A stretch of 64,000 bases of DNA, from contig MNCI01000141.1 in NCBI GenBank assembly GCA_015680685.1, positions 1 to 64,000 on the forward strand, written 5' to 3'. How positions within the stretch are numbered: the first letter of the stretch is position 1; every line of letters begins with the position of its first letter. Shown piece by piece: positions 13,294 to 26,431 of this stretch. This DNA comes from Gnetum montanum (taxonomy: Eukaryota; Plantae; Gnetophyta). The notes beneath the pieces are model-generated. The model worked only from the letters and a program-made list of their open reading frames with translations. It was not told the origin of the DNA and did no database searches. A program made the position numbers and the translations under genes.

Positions 13294-14248
13294 ATGCACA
13301 TACAAATACAAGTCTAAATTAGTCCTTGGTGGCATCAATCTATGGTATTCTGGTGGATAGTAGTATGGGGTTTAAACTATCACATTCGTTGGTAAGACTA
13401 GATGCTGGACATAGTATCCATAAGGATTAAGTTGTTGATATGGATACTATTGGCACGATGGTGGCATGGCCCATGATTGAGGCTATTACCACTATTGATA
13501 ATATTGTTCATATCTAGCTATTTAATTCAGCTATCTCTCACGTGCTTGGTCGGTATATAGACAACTTCTTGACTATTGATCATGCTTTGAGTTTCCATAA
13601 GGGTTCATTATCATGATCAAGTTCGTATTCTTTGTTGTAGCTATGACCCCTTCTATGCTCATTCCTTTCTTAATCCTCTCTTCTATCTCTTCTTCTCCTT
13701 CTTTCATGCTCTTCATCTTTTGAATCAAAGTACCTTGAATATTTTCCATGATAAGCATGATTTTACCTTTCTTTCGTATTAGGGTCCTTGTACTTTCATC
13801 TTCTCCTATTAGAGTCCTCGAATGATTGTGATAAGATAGGTGAGATGGTAGGAGAATAGTGCTGGTTGGTTCTCCTTTCATGACTCTTGTGATTTTCTCT
13901 GTAACATTTGATAGGAACCCTTGGCCTAGAGTCTCACTTGTATATTGAATTAGTAGCCTCCTCCTCGTGTGTCTCTACTAGAGTAGAATGAAGTTGGGTT
14001 TTGACAAGTTCCTCTAGTTTGATGACAGGTGTCTTTGAAGGCTCCTCATGATACTAGTGGAGTTTTTTTAAAATAAATTAATTAGCATCAAGTTTTTCTA
14101 TGATAATAAAAGTGTTCATTTACTTTCCTTTGCTATGTATATGTTTGATCTCCATAGCATCATTTCTTCTCATATGCTCCTTTGTGGATTCATAGGGTCT
14201 CATCATGTGTTGAGTCGCCTGATACCATTTTTGAATCTAGTCCAAATG
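13294..14248 (-). pseudogene. Inverted, internally deleted Athila-like gag fragment
   Basis: Reverse complement of 13500-14248 aligns with 5711-6460. 13330-13500 resembles the later Pro/Gln-rich gag region. Confidence 0.8.
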
Positions 14249-17200
14249 ACCGAATGGGTATAAGGAACCTCACCTTGAAAATCTCCAAGGAAAATGAATT
14301 TGGATGGTTAGAGAAGAAGTGTGTTCCATGCATCATGTATAGTGATAATGGGTGGAATTTTGTGCAAAAAATCTAGTCCATTAAAAGTACATTCATCAAA
14401 GCATGCACTCAGTGTGCACAAGAAAAAAATATCCAAAGGTGCCTATATGTAGTAGCCATAAAATACTCTGACAATAGCACATTATGCATGGAACCAACTA
14501 AGAGCCTAACATGTGCTTATGTTAAAGGCATGGATGAACTTGAGCAAGTTAATTACTAACTCTTTGATGATGAAAATGATGATACCTATTGGGGAGAGTT
14601 GGGAATCCTTGATAATTTTAAGCAAGAGCCTCTAGAATTAAAAACTCTACTAGCTAGCATGGAGTATGCATTCTTAAATAATGACAAGTCGATTATCATC
14701 AATGCCAAAATTGCTTCTGAACAAAAAGAAAAGCTGTTGAAGGTGGTTAACAAATGACCAATAACCTTTTCTTGGTCATATCCTGAGCTGAGTAGAGTCA
14801 ATCCAAGGATTTTTTATCATTGCATCTACATCAACCCAACCATGAAGCCAAGAAGGTAACCACAAAGGCAAATAAACCCCAAATTGAAGTAGATTGTTAA
14901 GAAGAAAATAGAACAACTCCTTAAGGTAAGGTTCATCTATCCCATCATGGATAGTGAGTGGGTTAGCCCACTTGGAATTGTATCAAAGAAATGTGGCAAG
15001 TGGTAGGTCTGCATTGAATTCAACTTGTTGAATATGGCAACATTTACCCATTGTCATTTTTGGATCAAGTGTTGGATACCATATTTTAGCATTGCTATTA
15101 TAGCTTCTTAGATGGTTATAGTTGCTATAACCAAATACAAATTGCACTAAAAGATCAAGCCAAGGCAACATTCATGAGTCCCTAGGGAAATTTTGCATAT
15201 TATAAGATTCCATTTGACTTATGCAATGCCCCTACAACATTTCAATGCCTGGTCCTTAGTATTTGCCAATAGTAGATTGGTAGTGGGGTAGATGTCTTCA
15301 TGGATGATTTTTCAACCTATGGGGCTACATTTGAGCAAGCCCTAGATCACCTTAAGTAAGTTCTAAAAATATGTGTTGAAACAAATCTTAGGCTCAATTG
15401 GTAGAAAAGCCATTTCATGGTCTAGGAAGGCATAGTATTGGGGCACATAATTACTCAAGCAGGGATTAAGGTAGACCTAGAAAAGATAAGGGTCATCCAA
15501 GGAATTACACGTTAACTAGAGACAGTTAAAAACATCCAATCATTCCTTGGACATACTAGCTACTATTGACAATTAATAGAGAATTTCTCTAAGATCACAA
15601 AGCTATTGGTCAAGCTTACAAAGAAAGATGCTCCATTTATGTGGATCAAAGAGCATGAACATGCATTTCAACTACTGAAAGAAAAACTCATAGAAAATCC
15701 AATTCTACAAGCACTAGACTGGTCCAAGCCATTCCACATAATGATGAATGAATCTAATTATGCTCTAGGAGTCATGCTTATGAAGATGGACAATAAGAAA
15801 TGTCCATATTATATCCATTACGCTAGGTAAAGCATTGTGGGTGCATAGTTAAATTAGACCAAAACTGAGAAAGAATCAATGGAAGTTGTGTATGCTGTTG
15901 AAAAGTTTAGGCACTATGTGCTTGGTTATAAGGTGTTTTTGCACATAGACCGTAATGCCATCCACTTCCTAATGAACAAGCTGATGGTGAGCCCTCATAT
16001 CATATGGTGGTTCATAATCTTAATGGAATTTGATCTCACAATGATAGATCATAAAAGGACTGAGAATGTGGTCACTAACCACATCTCTCAATTAAGATGG
16101 AATAACAAAGAGGATGAGAGCCCACTCTCTGATCAATTTTCAAATAAACTCTTCTTTACAAGAGCAATAAATGACCAAGTGCCTACTAAAAGAACATGGT
16201 AAAATGGCACCCTCACTTACCTTCTCACTTAAGAGATGCTACAAGATATAGAATTTAGGAAGAAACAATAGTTTCTTCATCAAGCAAAGTACTTCATTGA
16301 AATCAACAGATACCATTATAAGATGTGCACCAATGGCCAAGTTCATTGGTGTGTCCTTGATATGGATCAACTACATGTTTTCCAAGATGCTCATGAGGGC
16401 CCCTATGGAGTCCACTATGTTGAAAGATGCATGACCATAAAAATTCTGATGGTATGATACTATTCACCTACAATCCTCAGGGATGCCCACAAATTTTTTC
16501 GATCTTGTGAACATTATCAACAAGATCGTGAGATGATTGCATGAATGGAGGGTTCTCAATAGTGGATTCAACACTAGAGCCCTTTGACATTTGGGGCATA
16601 GACTTCATGGATCTCATCACACCCATGTCCAATGGAAAGGTATATATTATCATAGTAGTCAACTACTACACCAAATAGGAAAATGTAGCAGTCATCATCG
16701 ACATCATCCATTGCTACTTGATTTATACAAAAAAATGTTGTAAACAGGTTTGGGGTGCCTTGTGTACTAATTTCTAACAATGAAACTCATTTCATATGTG
16801 CCACTTTTAGAAAGTTGATGCAACACTTAGGGGTTGAACATAAATTAACAACACCCTATCACTTCTAAGCCATTGGTCAAGTAGAGATAACTAACATGGA
16901 GATTACAAAGATCCTAATAAGGACCATAAGCAAATATAGGATAGATTGGAGCACAAAACTAAATGATTCCCTATGGGCCTACCACTTAACATGAAAACTC
17001 CCTATTGGCTACTCTCCCTATGAGTTAGTGCATGGAAAACTTCCAATATTTCCAATTGGATCCAAGCTCCATACACTCTCAATACTGAATCTTGACCTAA
17101 GTCAGGCCAAAAAGAAAGACTAATCAACCTCAACATGCTAGATGAAAACCAATTAGTGGGCCTATCTTTGAATGAAGTGCACAAGGAATTCAATAAGAAA

Positions 17201-17513
17201 TGACATGACTTGAGAATATGGAAAGTAAAATTCTAACTAAGAGATAAAGTTCTCTACTAGAACCCCACACATGTACAATAGAAAACTAAGTTTCAAATGT
17301 TGTGGGAGGGACCTTACATAATATTTTCTTCTAGGGCCATGACCACATACAAACCTGAAAGCCCAAATAAAAAGAAGTTGGTCAAGATCCAATAAGCAAA
17401 GTTTTTCCATGAGCCCAAGTAAGCTAGTACAACAAATACCTCAATGAATGGACATCCATGTTCAATTTTTTGGATCTCCTCCTTCCAACTCAATCATGGG
17501 GGAGATGGCCATC

Positions 17514-20500
17514 TCATGAGTCATGATTTGTCTGGCCTTGATATCAGAACCTTGATATCGAAGCCTTGTTATTAGAGCCTTGACATCAAATACTTGATGT
17601 CAAAGCCCAAGACACAATTTTAGATATCTAACGTTGTGGGATATATGTCGACCTATAAATATAGTGCTTGGGATCATGATTTTGAGTAGTTTTGCATTAG
17701 TTTTTCATAGTTTTATTAATAGAGTATCCAAAATCTTGTAGTTTTATTCCATAATCTTAGAGAATAGTTAGTGAGTGCCCACAGAGTGGATCTGAGTCAG
17801 TGGTACGAAGTCTTATTTGAGTGGCAATGTACCTAGACATATTCCATGAATGGCAATAAGATCAAGATTGGTTCTTATTTATTGCAGCACTTTGACTTAG
17901 ATTAGATTTACTTTTCAAGCAATTTAATTTTCATGTACTTATTTAATATGTACATTTTCATGGACATTAATTAATTAAACACATAAGTACAATCACTTCG
18001 AGCATCTGTATGACTCTTGGTAATCCCAACAACACTTAATGTTTAGTAACCCAGCAACGTTATATGTGTTTAGGATGTGCACTGGAAGTGTGTTAGGGTG
18101 GTTGATTATTAATTAGCAATTATATTAGTTTAACTGATGATAAATTAAACCTATTATAAATTTAGTTTCAACCTATTATTAATTGTAGAACCATAAAATA
18201 TAAAAATCATATGCCTCACTTTGGACTAAACCATATGTGACAAAGCTACCACTAGTCCAAGTGGGAAGATAGCGAACTATGATCAAGGCATAGTGATCTA
18301 GATTCCACTACTAGTCCCACCCATGGAATTTGAACAGATTGTGTGCAAATGCTTATGATTCGTATGGTTGAGCATATGGGTACCTCACTACTCATCATTG
18401 GCACCATTGCTAGGTATGGTGCTAGATATCTAGATTAGTTATATTATACATGATTGCTATAAAGGTATTAACAATCTATATCTTAGAAAACATTAATATT
18501 TTAAATCACACACATTATCAAACAAAACCATGTCTTCTTCAAACAAGACCAATGATGCATCGTATGATGAGAACACTCATAGAAGAAATGGTAGGATATC
18601 TACTGAAGAGAATCAGAGTGAACAACCTCAAGTAGGGATTTCCTATGCTCATTTATACCCTTACTACACTCAAAGACTACATTCAACTAGTGCAAACAAT
18701 CATAGAGGATATGAAGAAAATCCTAGATCAAGGAGGGCATCAAGGTCTAGGACCTCCTTTAAACCTAAACAAGATAAATCATAAGACCAAGGGGAGAACT
18801 ATAGGAGCCATGGTGATTCTCCTAGTTCTTCATATTACTCTTCCTCATTAACATCTAGTTCTAATGAAGATGAATGTAGGTACAAAGATAAATCTCTACT
18901 ATGAGGTCAAGATAAAGATAGAAATCAGACCCAAGGGAAAAATCAAAGATATCACAAGGAACATAGACAAGATCATCACAATTAAATGAATAGAAATAGA
19001 AATTTTCATCACAACATGTCTGATGATGAAGAACCCTTATTGGTCACTTAAAGCCTGATGGAGATCATAGAGGCATTTAAAATACCTCATAGGCATCGCA
19101 AGGATAGTCACTTACCTAGGCTTGATATAGATAATATTCCTAAATTTATAGGAGGATACAACTCAGATTCAAAACATCATATACAAGCCTTCCATGATGA
19201 CTATGCCTTGTACAATATTGAAAATGGATGGCAAAAGCTTAATCTCTTTCCTAGGACACTAATTGATGAAGCAGAAAGTTGGTATATATTGTTGGAACCA
19301 AGTTCCATTCACTAGTGGTCCACAATGTTGGAACTTTTTAATTAAAAATACCAAACCTATGTGAGGGTGTCCAACTTAAGGAGACAAATCCAAGAGTGGA
19401 AGCAAGAAAGTCATGAACCCTTGGATTTGGCCTTACATAGATACTATTCACTACTACATAGATATCTTAGCCATGATTTCTCTGAGGAAAGGAAACTTTT
19501 CCACATCATAGGTGGGCCTCATAATGAAACAAAGGAGATCCTTGAAATGTATGCTCAAGGTTGATTATATGAATTACAAGCCCATCAAATCTGAGTTGAT
19601 CAAGCATGTGGCAAAAGAAGAAGAAGAGCTATGCAAATGGGAGAATGTAGAGGAAAATAATAGGGACCCAACTCTGCAAAAGAAAAGCATCCATATCTAT
19701 GATAAGGAAAAAGAGGTAGCTCTTGATGAGGTGATTTTACAATAGACCTTGCAAATACAAAATATTATCATTGAGATTAACGAACATTTGGATAAGATGT
19801 CAAAATTGATAAACAAGAAAGTTAAAACTTGTGAAGAAATAATAGAAGAGAGAGCAACATAAAATAAATTAAGTGATCATAACAAAAGGAGGAAAAATAA
19901 CCAAGAAATAGCTAGAAATGTTTTTTTGGCAAGAAGGGAAAATGGCTGTAGAAGAAGAGGCTATAAACTCAACCACTGAAGAGGATGGTGGATGTGACAT
20001 TTGCCTACATGACCATCAAAAGGGCCATTGCCTAGTCTTGTTGCATCTACATGAGTATTGGGCCGATGCATTAAATTTGAAGTTTGTATAGAAGTACATT
20101 CCCAGGAGATTTCCTCTTTCATGCAATAATTTTACATAACCCCAAAACCAACCATAATATCTTGGGGGAACTTATTACTAGCCTCAACACTGGCATCAAC
20201 CGTAGTGGCAACAACCACAATCATGGCGGAGGTCACCACCAAACTAGCCATATTCTTCCTACCAAATGAAGCCACATGAAGATTATGTTCAACACCATGT
20301 TTCATCAACTAGTTCTACTTTCACCACCTCAAATCACTACTACCACTCTTCCAAATATCATTATCCTGCAACATCTTATACATGATCACCACTTCACACC
20401 TCTCACCCTACATCATATCCTCAATATTCTCATACTCACCTCCACCACATGTCACCTCCAAAAACATAGGAAGGTTTAGCATCACAAAATCAATGATAGA

Positions 20501-23500
20501 ATGCCACTTGTGCTGGGAACATACACATAAATGATAATGCTAGTAGATCTCAACCAAAGTCTCAAAAATGTCCCTTCTAGAGGAAAGGCTGTAAGCCGAA
20601 GAAAAACACTCATGGACCTACTACATCACCTAAAATAACATAAGGCCAATCTGATGCAGCTATCTTCCTCATGAAAATGATGTCTCCTAATCATATGTAA
20701 AAGCGAACCATCACCACTCCAACACAAGACATAAATGATAAACCTATCATTGTGGAGAGACAAAAGAATCCATGCATCACCAATAATGATAAAGGGTGTA
20801 GTTGTGGTTGGAAGTTCAAAATATTAACAAAACCCCTATATCAACCCACCATAAAGTTTAGGAATATGTGTGTCAGAAAAATCCAATCTACCTAGTAGCC
20901 ACTCAATCAAAAGACATCCAATGGCTTGAAAATGAGAATATAAAACTATTTCAAAGATGCATGGAGACAATTAATCTACTTATTAGTTCTAGACTTAAGA
21001 AAATGGACCAAAAAAAGGACTTAGATGCATATATCTTACACTTTGATTATACACCAAGAAAGGATATTAAACACAGAGACTTGAGAATTAAAACAAAAAA
21101 TCAATAAGGAAAAGTAAACATATCTGGACCCCCAAAATGAAAATACCTTTAAGTCTAGATGAAGATACATCTTTGAATGATCCAAACGATACTATCACCA
21201 ATGTTAGATGTGGTACCAAACAATTAATTAAATCAGCAATAGTAATAGATGGGAAACTAGTGGTGTATAACCAGGGGATGGTGTGATCCATCTCTTGAAT
21301 GTGTGACCATACGATTAGTCATGGGGAAGATGCTCTATCCTGGTTCAACTAATAAGTGTTTTTTACTTTTTTGTTTTACAATTTTTTATCATTTTCTTAT
21401 TTTCACTAAAATTTTTTTATTCTTCATATGTTTTCCATTTCTTAATATTTTTCTTTTCTTTATATTTTCTCTTTTCTTAAGTCATTATCTTTTTGTTTTA
21501 TGAATATATTTTATGTTTTGTTAATAAAATTGCTAAGTCATGATGTAGAAGTCAATGCTATGTGTTTGGTTTTTTGTGCTATGCTATCAACATGATTAGG
21601 TAAGTAACTGTGGAAAGCAGTGAGACCACCTCATCCATCCCTCTAGTTCTCTAAATAAAAGGTCTTTTTCATAGAAATAATTTGGTTCTTCTTTTATGAA
21701 ACTAAAATTAATCAATGATCATTGTATCTTTAAGAAAGAGGGAATAACCTAGTGGGAATGACAGAGGATGTGACCTCAAGGGAACTTGTTGGGTTCTTGT
21801 CTTGACTTCCTTCATGTGGTTTATGAATTCTCTTGAAATGTATCATTACTTCCCCATCGACCAATAAAAAGGAAGCTCTATGCATAGTGTGGTTTCCATA
21901 AAAAAAACACAAAAAAGGAAAGAAAAAAAATAAAAAATCAAAAACAAAAAAACAAAAACAATAATGGGAATTCAAAGCACACCCCTTATACACAATAATA
22001 GGCTACAAGCACTAGTTATGGGGTTGGAAAGACATGTTACCCATGCTTGAAGGTGCCCCTTTAACTAAGGCCCTTCCTTCCTTCTTCTCTTTTCTTTTCT
22101 TTTTAGAGTGATGATTGTTCCTTAAGGTGGTTGTGGACTCATGGTGGTTGGTAGGATGGAACAAATCAATGCAAGGTCACTATTCATGGTATGGACTTGG
22201 TCTAAACTTGGACAAATAGGTATGTTGATCATTTTCATCACACTTGTCATAAGAACCTATCATGGGCATGGTCAAGTACCTTACATCCTAATCTCTGCAA
22301 TCCCTTCTCATTCCATTATTCACCTCACTATGACATGTGATTATGAGCCTTTTAGTTTTGTGTAGTATAGTGCAACATCCTAACCATGGTAGTTGTGTGT
22401 TGTTTAGAACAAAGGCATGGTCTACATTCAACTTCCTGGGTGCCCACAGACATCTATAGAAGTGGTTATGAAAGGGCACTATGGTAGGAGCCTACTTTGG
22501 GGAGGACCCACTTGCATAAATTTTGTTGATCATAGCTTTGAACTAACCTTCATGTTTTCTAAACATCAATGACAATTTCTCTAAATTTATGCATGATTTT
22601 GGGACTACTTCTCATTTATTTCATTAATTTTTCCTACTTTTCTATTTCCATATCCATTAATATTTCTTGGCTATCTTCTAAATTAGACCTTTGGTTTTCA
22701 TTATTTAAAAACCTATGTGCTTTCGAAGTTACACTTATTAGTCATGGGGGCTAGGGATGCTTACTTTATAATTTTTAAAATTTTTCTAATATCCTATTTT
22801 TGAATATCATGGTAACTAATAGTAATTAATCAAAATAATGTGAACAACATAATGATTTTAGTTACCTCATAGCCTTGGGTAGAGTATGCTATAATCACCT
22901 TGTGCTTGAATGAAAAATAAGGGATCTGACAAGGGTTAACTATTAAGAAAAATTTACCATAGCTAATGTTGATCCTTTGATGACTACAGGTAATGCTAAA
23001 AGAAACATCTAAGAAATAAGGCCTTTCTCCAGGCATGAAAACAAAGGCAAGAGAGGGACAATGGAGGATATAACCATGGACACATCATAGCACGTACAAG
23101 ATAGCAGCTCAAGCTTTGCATGTTTGAGAGATCCATGGGACAATGAGAAGAAATTTTAATCCACCCTTCAAGAATGTTCTGCTTAACTAGAGAAGCACCG
23201 ACATAACAATCAAGATTAAAAGTTTACCACCACTAGCTACAACAAGTAGAGTCATCTTCAACAAATTTTTAAGGGCCTCTACAAATTTTATAATCTTCAA
23301 TGTCTACCAAGTCTTTTTATCACTCCATCATTTTGTATGCATCCACTTGAATAAAATGTTATAATGTGGAACTCAAAGTCAATCAATAGTTTGCATATAA
23401 ATCAATAATCCCATACTTTCCCAATATTGTGTAAGGAACTTGTTCCTCATTTTGTTCAACTCGAGGATGAGTTTTCATTCATTCGTGGGGGTATGATGAG

Positions 23501-24369
23501 TCATGATTTGCCTAGTCTTGATATTGGAACCTTGATATTCGAGCCTTGTTATTGGAGCCTCAACATTGGAGCCCAAGACACAATGTTGGATATCTAACAT
23601 TGTAGGGTATACACTGGCCTATAAATATAGTACTTGGGCTCACAATTTTGAGTACTTTTTAATTATTTTTTCATAGTTTTGTTAATAGAGTAGCCAAACT
23701 CCTATATTTTTATTCTATAATCTTAGAGAATAGTTAGTGAGTGTTCATAGAGTGAATCTGAGTCAGTTGTATGAAGTCTTATTTGAGTGGCACTGTAGTT
23801 GGACATATTCCATGAATAGTAATAAGATCAAGATTGATTCTTATTCATTATCGCACTTTGGCTTAAATTAGATTTACTTTCCATGCAATTTATTTTTCAT
23901 GTACTTAGTTAATATTTACATTTTCATGCATGTTAATTCTTTAAGTACATAAGTACAATCACTTCAAGCATGTGTATGACTCTTGGTAATCCCAACAATG
24001 CTTAACATTTGGTAATTCAACAATGTTATATGTGTTTAGGATGTGCATGGGAAGTGGGATCAGATACTTATGTTGGGGTGGTTGATTATTAATTAGCAAT
24101 TAGATTAGTTGAATTGATTATAAATTGAGTTTTGACCTATTGTTAATTGTAGAACAATAAAATATAAAATAATAAAAATCATATGCCTCACTTTGAACTA
24201 AATCATATGTGACAAAACTACCACTAGTCCAAGTAGGAAGACAATAAACTACGATCAAGTCATAGCGATCTAGATGCCACAACTAGTCCCATCCATAGAA
24301 TTCAACTGGATCGTGCATGAATGCTTATGATTTGTATGGTTGAGTGTAGGGGTACCTTGTTGCTCATCA
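17514..24369 (+). mobile_element. Athila-like element C (6.86 kb), structurally complete but without RT/RNase H/integrase: LTRs 17514-18397 and 23494-24369
   Basis: Two homologous LTRs, Asp-type PBS 18398-18414, PPT GTGGGGGTA, perfect TSD CCATC at 17509-17513 and 24370-24374. Gag motifs QKLNLFPRTLIDEAESWY and CDICLHDH....C. Confidence 0.93.
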
Positions 24370-26431
24370 CCATCTATGCTAATCATCCATATGGCTCCTC
24401 AATTTTTCTATTTTTTATTTTACATATTTTTGTTTTTATAGTTTTTTATTTTACAACTTTTTCATTTTAAATATTTTTCTTATTTTATACCATTTTTTTA
24501 CACCATCATTAGTACATTTAAATATTTATTGAATATTTTACATTTTCTTATATATTTTACTTTGTTTTGTTTGAGTATGATTTTCAATTTTTGTTAATAA
24601 ACATGCTTTGTGCCAATAGGACATAGTGGTGTTGTGGTTGTTACTAATGGTGGTTTGTGCTTCATGTTTTGTTTGCTAATGTTTGGTTTCTATTTTTGAA
24701 TTTTTATAACAATGGCTCAATCATGTTTTCTTTTTCATGGAACAGGTAGTAAGTCCACGTTATCCATCCATCTTCAGACTCTATGATTTTCCTTGTTCTA
24801 GAAGTTTGAGGCCCCTTTCATTAAAGAAAATTTTAATAAATCTATCACCTTAGTAATTTTTGAAATTGAGAAGGATTCAAAGGTTTGTATAGGGTGTGAC
24901 TTCAAGGGGAATTAATACTCTTTGTACTCTTCTACTTACTTGGGTGTTTGCATGTTTTCACCGACTTCTTACCATTCCATGTTCTAATAATAGGAAGTCA
25001 AATAAAGTCTTTGCATGGTGTGGTTCCCATCCAGAAGAAAAAAAACATGATGGGAATTCAAAGCACATATCTTAGACACATAAACAAGTTATAAGCATTG
25101 GTTATGGGACTAGAAAGACATGTACCCATGGCTAAAGGTCCCCTCTAACTAAGGCCCTCTCTCACTTTCTACTTTTATTTTCTTCTTTTTATGGAATAGT
25201 GGTTGTTTTGTGGGAACACTCTTGTGTCTCAAGGGGGTGGATCAGTCTTGGAGTGATGATGCAAAGTCACTGGAATAGGTTGATTTTGGTCTAGACTAAG
25301 GATGAATCTTCTTCGATCATTTTAAACATGAAATCCATAAGGGACTTATTATTACCTTAGTTTGAAATTCAATTCCACCTTCTTCATCATCCATTTATGT
25401 TGTTCATAACTCACCTCACTACTAGTATCCATGTTCTTGATTCCTTGTCTTGGTCTAATGTACTTGAATTCTTAAGTAGAATCTTCTGGGTTTTGGTCCT
25501 TAACTTCCATTAATCATTAATCACTTATGGGGCCCATGGACTCCTTAGTTTGAGGTTATGCAAGGGAAAAAAGGGCATGAGTCTAATATGGGGAGGACCC
25601 ACTTACATATCCCTTGGTTGGGTTCATTAAGTACCTTATCCTTAGACATTCTTGCAAATACAACCTTGTGTACACCCATTTTCTGCATCACACCGTGTGC
25701 TCCTTTACATATTTTATTCATCAAAAATGTTCTCCATCAAATTTTTGAATTTTTGAGCTCTTAAAGATCCTCTTCAATGCTTTTATCATATTCTTGGCTT
25801 TTCTCAAATTCCATAGACCCAAAATTCATTGAAAACTTCCTCATCTTTTTTGAGATATTACAATTTGAAAATTTTGGCTAATGGGCCTTGTATACAGGGC
25901 CCTGTCAATGGAGCTAACCCATATATGAGGCCCTGTATATGGGGCCCCATTGATGTAAGGAAAAAACATTATAAATAGGTATGAACCCACTTAGAAATTT
26001 TTACCATTTCTCACAAACACTAAAGGATTTTTTCAATTTTTCAAAGCCTAGAACATTCGAGAGCCCATAACTTACAAACTGTTTATCCAAATCACTTCAT
26101 TCTTTAATCTTGGAACTACCAAAGATAAGCTCTTTGTCATGGGAGCCAAATATGTACCATTTTTGATAGAAAATTTTTCACAACTTTTTCTAACTCTCAC
26201 AAAGGTTTAATTGAAAAATCAGCTATTAAGCACTAAATTACAAGAGTTAAAGCTTTCCAACAAGCTTTGGTGGTAATTATAATAAATAATTAATAAAATA
26301 ATAATAAAATAATCAATCTACCATGGTCCAACCTTAGCCAAAGTGTAACTAACTAAATAATGAGAAAGGATACTAAAAACTTTAAAGTTACACATTACAT
26401 CTACTAATCCATGGATGTGTTGTAACCGTGG

